Positions 11,892-23,680 of a stretch of DNA of 64,000 nt are shown here, piece after piece (position 1 is the stretch's first letter; the number at the start of each line of letters is the position of its first letter). This DNA is from Isurus oxyrinchus (lineage: Eukaryota). Position numbers and translations under genes: made by a program. The DNA lies in the NCBI GenBank assembly GCA_026770705.1, contig JANJGN010000025.1:11594001-11658000 (forward strand), read 5' to 3'. The notes beneath the pieces are model-generated. The model was given only the letters and a program-made list of their open reading frames with translations, made no database searches and had not been told where the DNA came from.

Positions 11892-14400
11892 GTAAGTGAG
11901 AATGCCTTTTTCTCCTTTTTTAATGAGGATCCTTTATCCGGGATTGGCTTTCAAGACAACCTTACCTTTAGTTCCTTGGATACAGAATTTCTCTCTGCAT
12001 TTTCACTGTACGTTCACGGGAATGACACCAAATCACAGTAAATGCTTGTATTGATATAGCACCTTTTTTGAAAGGTTTGATGGTGCTTCACATCTATTAA
12101 ATCTAAATATAGTGGTTATGTTGGATAACGCAACAGCCATTTTGTGCGCAATAATGTCCCATAAACTGAGATGAAATGACAACCCATTAATCTATTTTGG
12201 TGTTTTGTGTGAGAAATATAAACCAGGACACTCAAATCTTCTGCTTCACTTCCAAACTGTATTCTACAGTTGGCCTTCCAATTGGCACTGTCAATTTTGA
12301 TCCATTTCCTAACTCATGGCAGACTACATATGTTAAGACACAACATCCTCAACAAGCTTAACACACCCATCACTATCGCTTGCTGTTAAATATGGGGCAT
12401 CTCTTTTCCAAAAAAAGCCAAGGAATTAAGAGCTGTCCACTTTTTAAAAAAAAACATAATTTCATGCTGATTTTATTTGGAATCCCTGATTACTTTTTAA
12501 AATAATTCCGTATCCAGTTTACGACCAATGAAGATAAATAAGTTGGAGCAGTGTGTATTCTGGCTAAAATGCATCCAAATTCATTTCACTATTCCAGCCA
12601 TGTTTCACAGCCCCAGTGTTTAACCTAATACTGAAACAATTTAATGCTAAGCGGAAAGCTTCTCATGCTATACTGGTAACAGAGAGCCTGTTTGTGATAG
12701 TCTCCAGGACATTTTTCACTATCACTTGTTCCAGGCTTCAACCGGAAAAAAACAATGGCAACTGTCCTCGCACTCTTAAGGCATTGTGCTGTTTCGGGAC
12801 TCACTTGAGGATGTATAAGTTCTACCACATGAAAGCTGCTATATAAATGCAAGTTACAGTTGAAATAATTTGGTAAAAGGTGAAAAATTTATTTTAATTT
12901 CACCTTAGTGCCCCACTGCATAGCATGTTTTAGCTAAGGCCACACTCTTTCCCATGCTCTCGTTTTGAAACAATGGAGAGAGTCCTTGGAAATAAATAGT
13001 CCTTAGAAAAGTTATTCTGTTCCACCTATACCTGAGAGAGCTTGCCATCTTTAAACAGTTAATTTTGAATGTCCTGGCCTAATCCACGTATGGTTTCAGC
13101 ATAGCAATTCCAACAATTTTGTTTCATACTTCTGGGACTTTGTTCTAGGACACATAGTGAATCATCCACTATTTTTTGAAACAATATGGCACCATCTAAT
13201 TCTAAAAAAAATTTAAAATTGCATGGTCTCTTGCCAAAGCTACAGTCATGACTCTGGTTTTCTGTCAAATCATATTCTGTTGCAGTTGACCTGTCACCTT
13301 CCACCTCTTTCTTTTCCATCAGGCCATAGCTTTGCCTCCCTCTCACTTTATTCATTCTGCCTGTTGATGAATTGCTCCACTTAGCATCCACCCTATCCAG
13401 ACTTCCTTCATGTTGCATGTTCTCAGTGCACCCATTCTCCAATCCACAAGTGAAGTGGTTGACTACACTATATTATAATCACCTCCATGACCTTTAGTAG
13501 GACCATGAAAATCTTTTCCTCCTTTTCTCCAGAGAGAGTTTCTTCATCTCTTGCAGGACTGGCCAGTTGTTACCCTCTCCTGCTTTCGGTTCTACCCATG
13601 GTTCCAGTCCTACTTTACCAACATGTTTGCCCTTCCTCCTTTCATTTCAAATAGAACTTTTATTTCCTTTGCTAAAGTTAGCTCAAAGAAAATAGTTTTC
13701 TGCTTTTGTGTCAAATGTAGCTTTTCAGTGACTCTTAACAGTGACTGTAATTCAAAAGCTAATTCATTTGGGTGTAAAGCTCTTTGGGATGTTCCAAGGA
13801 TGTTAAAGGTGCTATGCAAATGCAAATTATTTTTCTTTCTGTTAAACCTTTAACACGGTTCCTGTATCTGAGTTAGCTTCTCTAACAACTCTGGCATTCC
13901 TGAACTTGATACAAGAAAATGTTGTTTAGGCAGTCTTTCATCTCCAACCTTCATTACTTTTCTGTCACAAACTTTCTCCCTCCTGTTCTCATTCATCCTC
14001 ATCAATATTTGTTTGGTCACTGTTCCTGAACTTGGCATTACCAAGTCATAGTTTGCCTTACTTTCTATTTTTACCCTTCAACCTTAATGTTAATCCAGTT
14101 TAATAGGTTTTGTTCTTCCATTTTTGTTTTCCAACGACAAAGAAATCTATTGTACTTTTTTAGGTATAAATGGCAATGTATTGGTGAAATTCCTCTTTTG
14201 AAGCCAATAATTTGAAGTATGATTAGTCTATAATTATCAGAATTCCAGTTTGGGTTGCCATTTTATCAGCAGAACGCTTGGCATTCTGTTAAAGGGAAGA
14301 ACAAATTCAAAAGATGTTTAGAAAGTGAATAATTACATATAATCAAATGTGGTACAGTCTGATTAATGAGAGCTTAATTCTTTGTTTCTCTGAATTGTAG

Positions 14401-14530
14401 CATGAAGAGACAATTGGAGATGTCCTAATGCAGTACCTTGGAGTAATCTGTACTAGCACCATTGTCTGCAGACCCATTCAACTTGTCTTCAGATTTGACT
14501 CGCGAGGCAAACCCAAGTTGGGACAGACTG
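14401..14530 (+). CDS. CTC1: CTC1 penultimate coding exon (HEETIGDVLMQYLGVICTSTIVCRPIQLVFRFDSRGKPKLGQT)
   Basis: ttgtAG acceptor and G|GTaagt donor; 130 nt. Resembles human [27 protein letters not shown]. Confidence 0.92.
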
Positions 14531-15109
14531 GTAAGTTACCCTGTTCTCATTCTTCTACATGGTTGTTTGATGCAAAATTGACGGGGTGGCAATGGTGAAT
14601 GGAGCAACAACCATTGATGTGCTACCCATAAAAGGAACTCTTAACATTCATTGTCCATCTCTATTGATTATCTTTACTTGCAGTATTACAAATCTGCAGT
14701 TCACTGTTTCCGTTTTTAATTGTCACTTTTGGCTGAGCCTAACCTTCCTGTTCATTTTATAAAAATGAAATTGACAGGTGTTACTTCTTTCATACTGACT
14801 CCGCCAAAGAGGTCTTCCTGTAAAGCTGTTAGGATAACTTTGTAAATATAACAATGTTAAAATGTAATTTGTGATCGTGTTGTAGCAAAAACTCACCAAG
14901 CACTTGGCTCTTTTTTAAAAAAAAAGAAATCGAGAACTCCTTCAAATTCACTCCAGTTGATGCACTGGACACTAATCTTATGAGCTCAAACATCTGTCTA
15001 GTGGAACATAACTTGGCTAAAAATTCCAAGATATATAACACATTAATCTCTTGCTACAAAACTCTTGAATTCGCACCATGATCACTGATAAAGCATGTTT
15101 GGCACGTAT

Positions 15110-16198
15110 AGCAAAACTGGAGTCGATGGGAACCGGTGGGGGGACGACTCTCCGCTGGTTTGAGTCATACCTAGCACAAGGGAAGATGGGTGTGGTTGTT
15201 AGAGGTTAATCATCTCAGTTCCAGGACATCACTGCAGGAGTTCCTCAGGGCAGTGTCTCGGCCCAGCCATCTTCAGCTGCTTCATCAATGACCTTTCTTC
15301 CATCATAAGGTCAGAAGTGGGGATGTTTGCTGATGATTGCGCAATGTTCAACACCGTTCATGAGCCCTCAGATACTGAAGCAGTCCAAGTCCAAATGTAC
15401 CAAGACCTGGACAATATCCAGGCTTGGGCTGATGTGTTGCAAGTAACATTTGTGGCACATAAGTGCCAAGCAATGACCATCTTTAGCAAGAGAGAATCTA
15501 ACCACTGCCCCATGACTCTCAACGGCATTACCATTGTTAAATCCCCCCCCACCCCCGCCATCAACATCCTGGAGGTTACTATTGACCAGAAACTGAAGTG
15601 GACTAGCCTATAAATACTGTGGCTACAAGAGCAGGCCAGAGGCTAGGAATCCAGTAGTGAGTAACTCACTTCCTGATACCCCAAGTTTGGAGTTTGATGG
15701 AATAATCCCCACTTGCTTGGATGAGTGCAGCTCCCACAACACTCAAGAAGCTTGACACCGTCCAGGACAAAGCATCCTGCTTGATTGGCACCACATTCAC
15801 AAACATTCACTCCCTCCACCACCGATGCACAGTAGCAGCAGTGTGTACCATCTACAAAATGCACTGCAGGAATTCACCAAGGCTTCTTCCAAACCCATGA
15901 CCAATACTATTTCGAAGGACAAGGGCAGCAGTTAGATGGGAACACCACCACCTGGAAGTTCCCCTCCAAGTCACTCACCACCTTGACTTGGAAATATATC
16001 GCCGTTCCTTCATCGATGCTGGGTCAAAATCCTGGAACTCTCTTCCTAATAGCACTGTGGGTGTACCTACACCATATGGTCTGCAGCGGTTCGAGAAGGC
16101 AGCTTACCACCGCCTTCTCGAGGACAATTAGGGATGGGCAATAAATATTGGCCCAGCCAGTGAAGCCCATATCCCATGAATGAATAATAAAAAGAAAA
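15110..16198 (+). mobile_element. 5'-truncated CR1-clade (HER1-like) LINE, degraded RT C-terminus and 3' end
   Basis: GVPQGS (ggagttcctcagggcagt) and MFADDC RT motifs. 3' tail CATATCCCATGAATGAATAATAAAAAG. Confidence 0.88.
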
Positions 16199-16670
16199 AG
16201 CTCCAACAACACTCCAAGAAGCTTGACACAATCCAGAACAAAGTAGCCTGTTTGATTGTCACTCCATCCATAAATATTCACTGCCTCCACCACCAACACA
16301 TAGTGGCAGTAGTGTGTACCATCTGCAATCTGCACTACAGGAACTCACCAAGTTGCCTTCAGCAGCACCTTCCAAACCCATGACCATTACCATCTAAAAG
16401 GACAAGGGCAGCAGACATGTGGGAACACCGCCACCTGGAAGTTCCCCTCCAAGGCACTCACCATCCTGAAACGGAACTATATCGCGGTTCCTTCATGATC
16501 ATTGAGTCAAAATCCTGCACATCTTTCCCTAACCGCATTGTGGGTGTACCTACACCACATAGACTGCAGCTGTTCAAGAAGGCAGCTCACCACCACCTTG
16601 TCAAGGGCAACTAGGGATGGGCAATAAATGCTGGCCTAGCCATCGAAGCCCACATCCCATGAATGAATTT
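16199..16670 (+). mobile_element. Second head-to-tail 3' fragment of the same LINE family
   Basis: Repeats about 15731-16185 with divergence and ends CATCCCATGAATGAAT. Confidence 0.85.
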
Positions 16671-19039
16671 TTAAAAATTTTTAAAAATCCATGAAGACTC
16701 CACTTAAAATGCTGTATACCATCCTCCGTGTATTACCACGCATACATCTAGCACTTCATTTAAATATGTCCATTCTAATTGTTTGTAAATGGATATAAAG
16801 CCCAGAGACATCAACACTGCTGTAATTTGTCAAGTCATCAAATAATCAAATTTCTACTGTAAAGTTTTGAACTCATAATCCTACGATTGGTAACATGTTG
16901 AGCATTTCAGATGTTGATAATACAATGCACCATTTCAAATTTCCCATTGCTTTCCTTTGTGTATGAATATAAACGTACTGCAGTTTTATTTGTTGCGTAG
17001 CTGTTACCTTTCAGTTTCAGAGAAGCTTGTGACTTTTGTGGCTAGGGGATGTCATGTGGCGCAGATCATCTTGATCTGTTAAACCAACAAGTATCTCTTT
17101 TTTTTATTCCTGGTCTGTCGCTCCCTGATTCAGTTGATCAGTATGACAAGGGAGGTGGAGAAAAATCAAAAATCTATTCCTCCATCGGTTTTCAGTCAGC
17201 CCAGTTGCAAAGCACTTGTTTGTGGACAAAATTAGTTTTGGCCATGATGCTGTTTACAGCCTGCCACCTGAACTTGTGTCTGAAGGTTGGGAGAGGCAGT
17301 GGGCAGCCATAGCCCATGAAGCAACATCAACATTTGATGCTTCAGAAAGGGAGAGAAGTTGGAAAAAGGTTCATTTCTCTATTGTGGTATGTTACCTTAA
17401 TACAATTAGCCGACAAGTTAAGATCATACTTTGAGGGCAGTTAGTTTTATTTCTGAAACCAGTGAACTGGGATTTCTCTACCTTCTCCCCCTCCCCCGCC
17501 CCTCGTTTCCTAAAGTGATTTTTCTCCACCCTCCTTATTTATTTTTGTGCACCCACTTCGCGCATTTGTCTGTGAACATGTTCTACCCGCGCTGTTCTCC
17601 AACAGATTGTTGGAACATGCACAAGAGCATGGTGTTTAGGTTGGCTTCTATTTAGACGTGGAATGTTTTGCCATTCTCCTTCAGTGGAAGCTCGTTTGCT
17701 CCACTTAGCACCTTCCAGAAAGTGTGCCTCAGATCAAGAAGTTGCCATATATATAAAAAAAACCCGCGTGAAGGACTCTCATCCATCTTCACGTGTTCAA
17801 ATTATTTCCATTTTTCCTTTTAATGGTGATGTTCCTATAGTTACAAGGGATGACTTTGGTGTGAGAATATTACTGGGACGGCTTTGGAATTATAAGTTTT
17901 GGTTTTCTTTGCTGACTGAAATTTGTTAAACCCAAGTTGAAATGTTACAAATGGTTAATAGTTGAAAGACTTAAAAGTTGTATGAGGAGCTGTGATTTTT
18001 AAATGATTTGACAGTGAATGTAAATATTTATTTCATTTTGCATTGTTCGCATGTTAGGCTTTCCTAGATGAAACATTTTAAATTTAATTTTGTTTGAGTA
18101 GAAAATGTATGAACTTGGTTAAATAAATAATTTCACAATTCCAAATTCTGCTGTTTCATACTCGGTTTTAAGGTGATTAGTTTCTCTTGGTTCCTTTGCA
18201 AATTACAGCAGTGAACTTTACTTTTTATTGACAATATAAGTGGTCTGGTTCACATTTTGAAATCATTAGCCTTTATATCATCATAAGATGTCCTAATGTT
18301 ATTGAGCAGGGTATCCTATTTTGCCTGCTTAGGAAAAGGGGGATTAATTGTCCATTGGGTAAGAATAAAGAATATGAAACTTGTAGGTTACATAGGCTGT
18401 ATTTGGAATGATTTATTTCTCCATAAATAGTTGACTTCGAGTAGTGATTAACCTGGGTCTCTAGCATTAGCTGGATTTTCCAGTTGCTGGGTGGACTGCA
18501 TTTGGTATTCATGGTATTGGTGATACACTTACATTTTACTTGTAGTGGCTATACAATTTTTCTGAAGTAATCTAGGAAATTTAGGTGGTTTCTTCCAGTT
18601 GAAGCCTAGTGGAGGTTTTTGTTCTCTCTTCATCTCCAAAACAAAAGAGAAAACTCAGTGGATAAAGAGGGAATGGATTTGCATTCGTATTGCGATTTTT
18701 CATGACTTCTGGACACCCCACCAGCTTCGTAGCCAATTAATTAGTTTTGAAGTCTGGCCACTGTTGTAATGTAGGCAACACAGCAGCCAATTTGCTCACA
18801 GTAAGGTCCCACAAATAATTATTAAATACTGATTTAAATAGATATTCTCTCTGTGATGTTGGTTTGATAGATAAATGTTGGCCAGGACACTGAGTACTCT
18901 TACTAATTATTCTTCAGATAGTGCAACTTTACTCCTACTTGAGAGGGGAGATCGATTTGGGTTAAAATCTTATCTGAAACAAAGCACCTCTGACAGTGCC
19001 ATGTTCTCTCAATACTGTACTAAGATGTAAGTTGCTGCT

Positions 19040-20240
19040 ATAAGTATTGAAATGGCATGATCAAAGTCACAAATTTTCTCCTCTGATCATGGTCCATGAT
19101 CACTTCTCATCTTTCTCGGTCTGACAACAGTCTTTGAAGGTGATCACACCATTCTCCTCCACTACCTTTCCTGGCTAGAGTGGGACTGCCCTTGCATGGT
19201 TTTACTCTTGCCTATCCAGCCATAGCCAGAAAATCTCCTTCAATTACTTCTCTTCCTATCCCATACCGTTACCCCTGGACTTCCCCAAGGACCTATCCTT
19301 TGTTCACCCCTATTTGCCGCCTGTGTGCTGCTCCTCGGCAGCAACATCCAAAGATATGATGTCAATTTCCATGTATATGTCGATGATACCAGCTGTCCCT
19401 CATGTTATCACTCAGCTGCTTTGCTGTCTTGGTCACCAAGCTGCACGGTCTGGCATTCAGTCATGGATGAGCCAAAATTTCCTGCAATTAAACTTTGCAA
19501 AGAGTGAAGCCATTGCCTCAGATACTCCCAGAAACTCTTGTTTTATGGCACTGAATCCACCCCCATCCTGGCCACTTTCTTAGGCTGAACCAAGCTGTTC
19601 GCAACTGTGGCATTGTATTTGAGTTAAGTTGAGCTTCTGAACCTATATTCTTTCTAACACAAAGATAGCCTACATCTATCTTCCATAATGTCTCCCATCT
19701 CTGCCTCACCCTGTCGGCTGAAATTCTCATTCATGCTTTTGTTGCCCCTAGGCTCAACTTTTTCAGTGCTCTCTTGGCTTACCTCCATAAAATTGAATTT
19801 CTCTGAATTTCTGCTGTCCATAACCTAACTTGCTCCAAACCCTGATCACCCATCATCTTCTGTTCACTGACATATATTGGCTACGGTCTCAATTTTAACA
19901 TTCTCATCCTTGTGTTTTAAATTCCTCCATGGCCTTTCCCCTCCCTATCTCCGTGACCTTGTCCAGCCTTGTATGCTTCTAAGAACTCTGCATTCCTTCA
20001 ACTCTGACCCCTTGTGCATCTGTACATTTTCTCCCCACCATTGTTGATTGTCCCTTGGGTTGCCTATGCTTCAAGTTCTGGATTTCCCTCCCCGGACCTC
20101 TTTGCATCTGCACCTCTCTTGTTTAGGTTGCTTATTAAAACCTATCTTTTTGCTAGGGTGCATCCTCACATCCTCATTTTCCATTTTTTGTGATTATGTC
20201 CTGTGAAGAGCTTGAAGATATTTTACTATGCTAAGGATGC
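19040..20240 (+). mobile_element. Degraded L2-like LINE (RT fragment to 3' end)
   Basis: FHVYVDDT RT motif, SWMSQNFLQLN segment and L2-like 3' sequence. Confidence 0.75.
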
Positions 20241-23200
20241 CAGATAAATGGACATTGGTTTTGTAGGCTATATTCTCTGGTCTCTATAGTTGTTGAACCC
20301 ACAACTTTCTGACCCAGAACCAAGGTTAATGCTTTAGTCCACGAAGCAGCTTTCATTGCCTTGATACGAAGTAAGTCTATGGCTTGTCCCTTCTGACTAA
20401 ATTTCTCCCTTAGGACTAGGACAGTACTCACTGACGCTGGAGATGACAACTGAATAGAATTGATAGCTCAAATGTTACTATTTGATGGTGAGGTGTATTG
20501 GAGCATTTTAGGTTGTACGTTTGTGCTGAGTTCTGTTTTGGATTTTGGACATGTTGTCAGAGAATATCACCCAATTAGGAGGTCATGTGATTTTAATAGG
20601 AGGGATAATTGAGAGTAATACCCCACAGCTAATTCCGCACACCATGTTAGCAAATGGTGCAGGTGCAAGTCTGGAGCAGGTTACCTGATTTCCCTTTGAT
20701 AAACTTGTAGAAAGTTTGATACAGAAGGAAGCCTTTCGATGCCTTGAAGTGCAGTCACTAATGCATGCCTAATGGCAATAGCCATTTTGTGCACAGAAAC
20801 TATCACATACCAATGAAATGAATGACCAGTCATTGATCTTAGTGCTGTTGAGTGAGTAAGTGGTCTTGAATCGAACATCAAGCAAACTCGTTTTTGTTTC
20901 AAATAATGCCTTAGGATTGTTAACATCCACCTGAATCTTAGCTTAATATTTCAACCAAAGGATGAAACCTCTTGCAGCACAGCACTTCCTTGAGACGGCA
21001 CTGGAGTGCCAGTTTAGATTATGCACTCAAATTGAATCTTGATCCTACAACCTCAGGCAAGAGTAGTGCCAACTGGGCCAATCACATTCTGTTAGTTCTT
21101 GGTGGAGGGGAAAAGGTCCTTTGGAAGCTCCAGTTTCTTTGCTAGTAGTAATCTTTGTTTTTTGCCCCATCTTACTGATTCAGTGACCATGAGGAATAGT
21201 TTTTTCATAAAATTTTGACAGGATAAATAAGTTAGAACACTTTCTGTTTGATCTTTCCTGTAGCCTTCTATGTTCAAGTCTTTTGAATCTCATTCTAATT
21301 ACACATTCTGCCAGCCCTGGTGTCATTCTAGCAGATCTGTTACATTTCATGGTTGCAATTTATTTTCCTTAATGGATTGACAAAATGCTTTAACTGATGT
21401 AATCAGTGTGTTGGACAGAATTCGGTATCACTTCCTTGCTTTGTTATTTCAGAACCCAGAATCCCATTTTCTATTTTATGTGGCTGCTTTTACCTGCAGT
21501 CCCATTTTTCAGAACCTGTATATCTGTACCTTTGGTTCTCCCTGTTCTCTACTCCATTGAGAACCATGCCAATTAAGTATATATTTACAATCTCTTCCCA
21601 AAATGTGTACCTTCAATGTATTTAGATTGAACTGCACTTTCTGTCTATCTACCCGTTTCCCTGACTTGTCTGTGCCTCCTAGTCTCCTGCATTACTCCTC
21701 ATAGTTTGGCATGTCAAATCAGTTGTGTATTTGGAGAACAAGGTCCTAATGGAGATTCTTGGGCTCACCAGAACTGCAATTGAATAAAGTCTATTGAGTC
21801 CTACTGTCTGTTTCTCTCCTTTACTCTTTGCCCTTAATCTTTGCAACTAGTCTCTATTTGGAAATCTGTATGCAAAGCATCCTGCATCCCTGTTCGCCAG
21901 ATCCATGCTAATTCATGGCTGTATGGTGTCTGATTTTGGGATACATTGTGAAAAGAGAAGCAAATACTTTCGAAGGAACCTTTATCTGCTCAAATGAATA
22001 CATCAGAAGCATGTTGCTGGTGGTCTTTTGCATGACCGGATTACAATCCAGCCCTCTTTCATATCTGAGTACTTTTTAAAAAATGGATGAATTGAGCAGA
22101 TTTGCTGCTTGAATATTCTTCCCTTTTTTTCACCTGAAGCCATTGACTCAGGTTTTGGTTGAAAAGCTGCTGACAGTCTTCTGGTATTTTCCAAATAGCC
22201 ATTCTTCATACATGAGTCAATGTAGTGAATGTTGGCAGGCCATTCACCTGATACAGTCCATGCAATATGCATGAATACATTTTACAGAAGGGTCCCAGAG
22301 TATCAGAATGGAGAGGGAGCCCTTCTTGATGATCTTGTCCTTCTCCTCAATGTCATTAGTGGCATGACTAAAGCAGATCAGCTAACTCACTATAGACTGG
22401 TAACCAAAGCTAGAAGTTGTTCATTTGTATAGATTGTGCTACTCTGGATGGTAACTTTCACTACTGGGACATTGAAGGAGCTGAGCAAAATTTTGTTAAA
22501 CCTTTTTAATGTTCAACTTGAGGCTGCCTTAATGGCAAGTTATGACTTGCACGGGTAACTAATTTGGCTGTAAAAGAAGTCAATTAGTATTATTTGAATT
22601 AGGGATTTTTTTTTCCTGTTGCCTTTTATTTTGCACTTATATTTCTCTAATATCACTTTGTCTTGTTGTCTTCTACACACTTCGAGTAGAACAACATGGT
22701 GAGGAGGGGAGAGAATTTACAATTTTGACTTCATTTTAAGCTATTTAATGTAATTGTAATGGAATGTGACATCATGCTTGTGTAGTATGGGTATGAGGAA
22801 AATCATCCTATGTGATGAGGCAAGAACACCTGTTTGCATTTGCTTTTTGTATGTCAATGCTGACTGAAATTAGGGTTTGCCTATATTGTGGTTAGCCTGA
22901 GTTATTTTCATCCTCTTTGGTGTCTGTTTACCACATACATGTGACGTTGCAACTTTTTAGTTGCTGGCATTCAACCTTCCTGTGCTGAATAATGTTTCAG
23001 GGCTTCCAAATGGTTTCAGCTATGGTGATTTGTTAATGTGGAATCTTAATGCAATGCTTGAATCTGAAGCAAATACAGTGGAAAATTGCTGATAGGAAAG
23101 ACCAGAGCATCAGATGCTTCCCATTCATGCATAATGTTAATTTTGTATCAGGTTTGGCTTGGTTTCTCAATCTACATCTACAACAATTGATTTCAGTATA

Positions 23201-23451
23201 TCTCTTTTGAAGACTTCTTTAGAAATTCTTGCTTGGCATTCATTGGCAGTTCCCCTCTCCAGTTGGTGCAGTAAATCCAGTTGATGCCATTATGTAATTT
23301 GTCCTAGGCAAACTTGTGTTATCTCATAATGAGATAGGCAGTGAGAAGGGTGATGGGGTAAAGAATGGTCTGTATAGCAGCAATGTGGCACTGGCTGGGT
23401 TTGTTTGTTTTGGCTTAGCATGCCACACTGGCAAACATCATTTTGGAATGG

Positions 23452-23680
23452 GCAAAATACTGCGGATGCTGGAAATCTGAAACAAAAACAAAAACTGGAA
23501 AAACTCAGCAGGTTTGACAGCATCTATGGAGAGAAAGGTAGAGTTAGCATTTCGAATCCAAATGACTCTTCAGAGTTCTTTAGAGCATCGAGTCATAGGG
23601 ACTCGAAATGCTAACTCTGTCTTTCTCTCCACAGATGCTGTCAGACCTGCTGAGTTTTTCCAGCAACTTTTGTTTTGTAT
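23452..23680. repeat. Palindromic Penelope-derived non-autonomous repeat
   Basis: Arms 23495-23555 and 23603-23663 are inverted copies with 4 mismatches in 61 nt. Family members at about 4255, 45100, 53835 and 56310. Confidence 0.8.

Noticed and set aside
17685-17929. Considered as the true last CTC1 exon (VEARLLHLAP...)
   Set aside because: No similarity to the CTC1 C-terminus, whereas 28245-28390 matches clearly.
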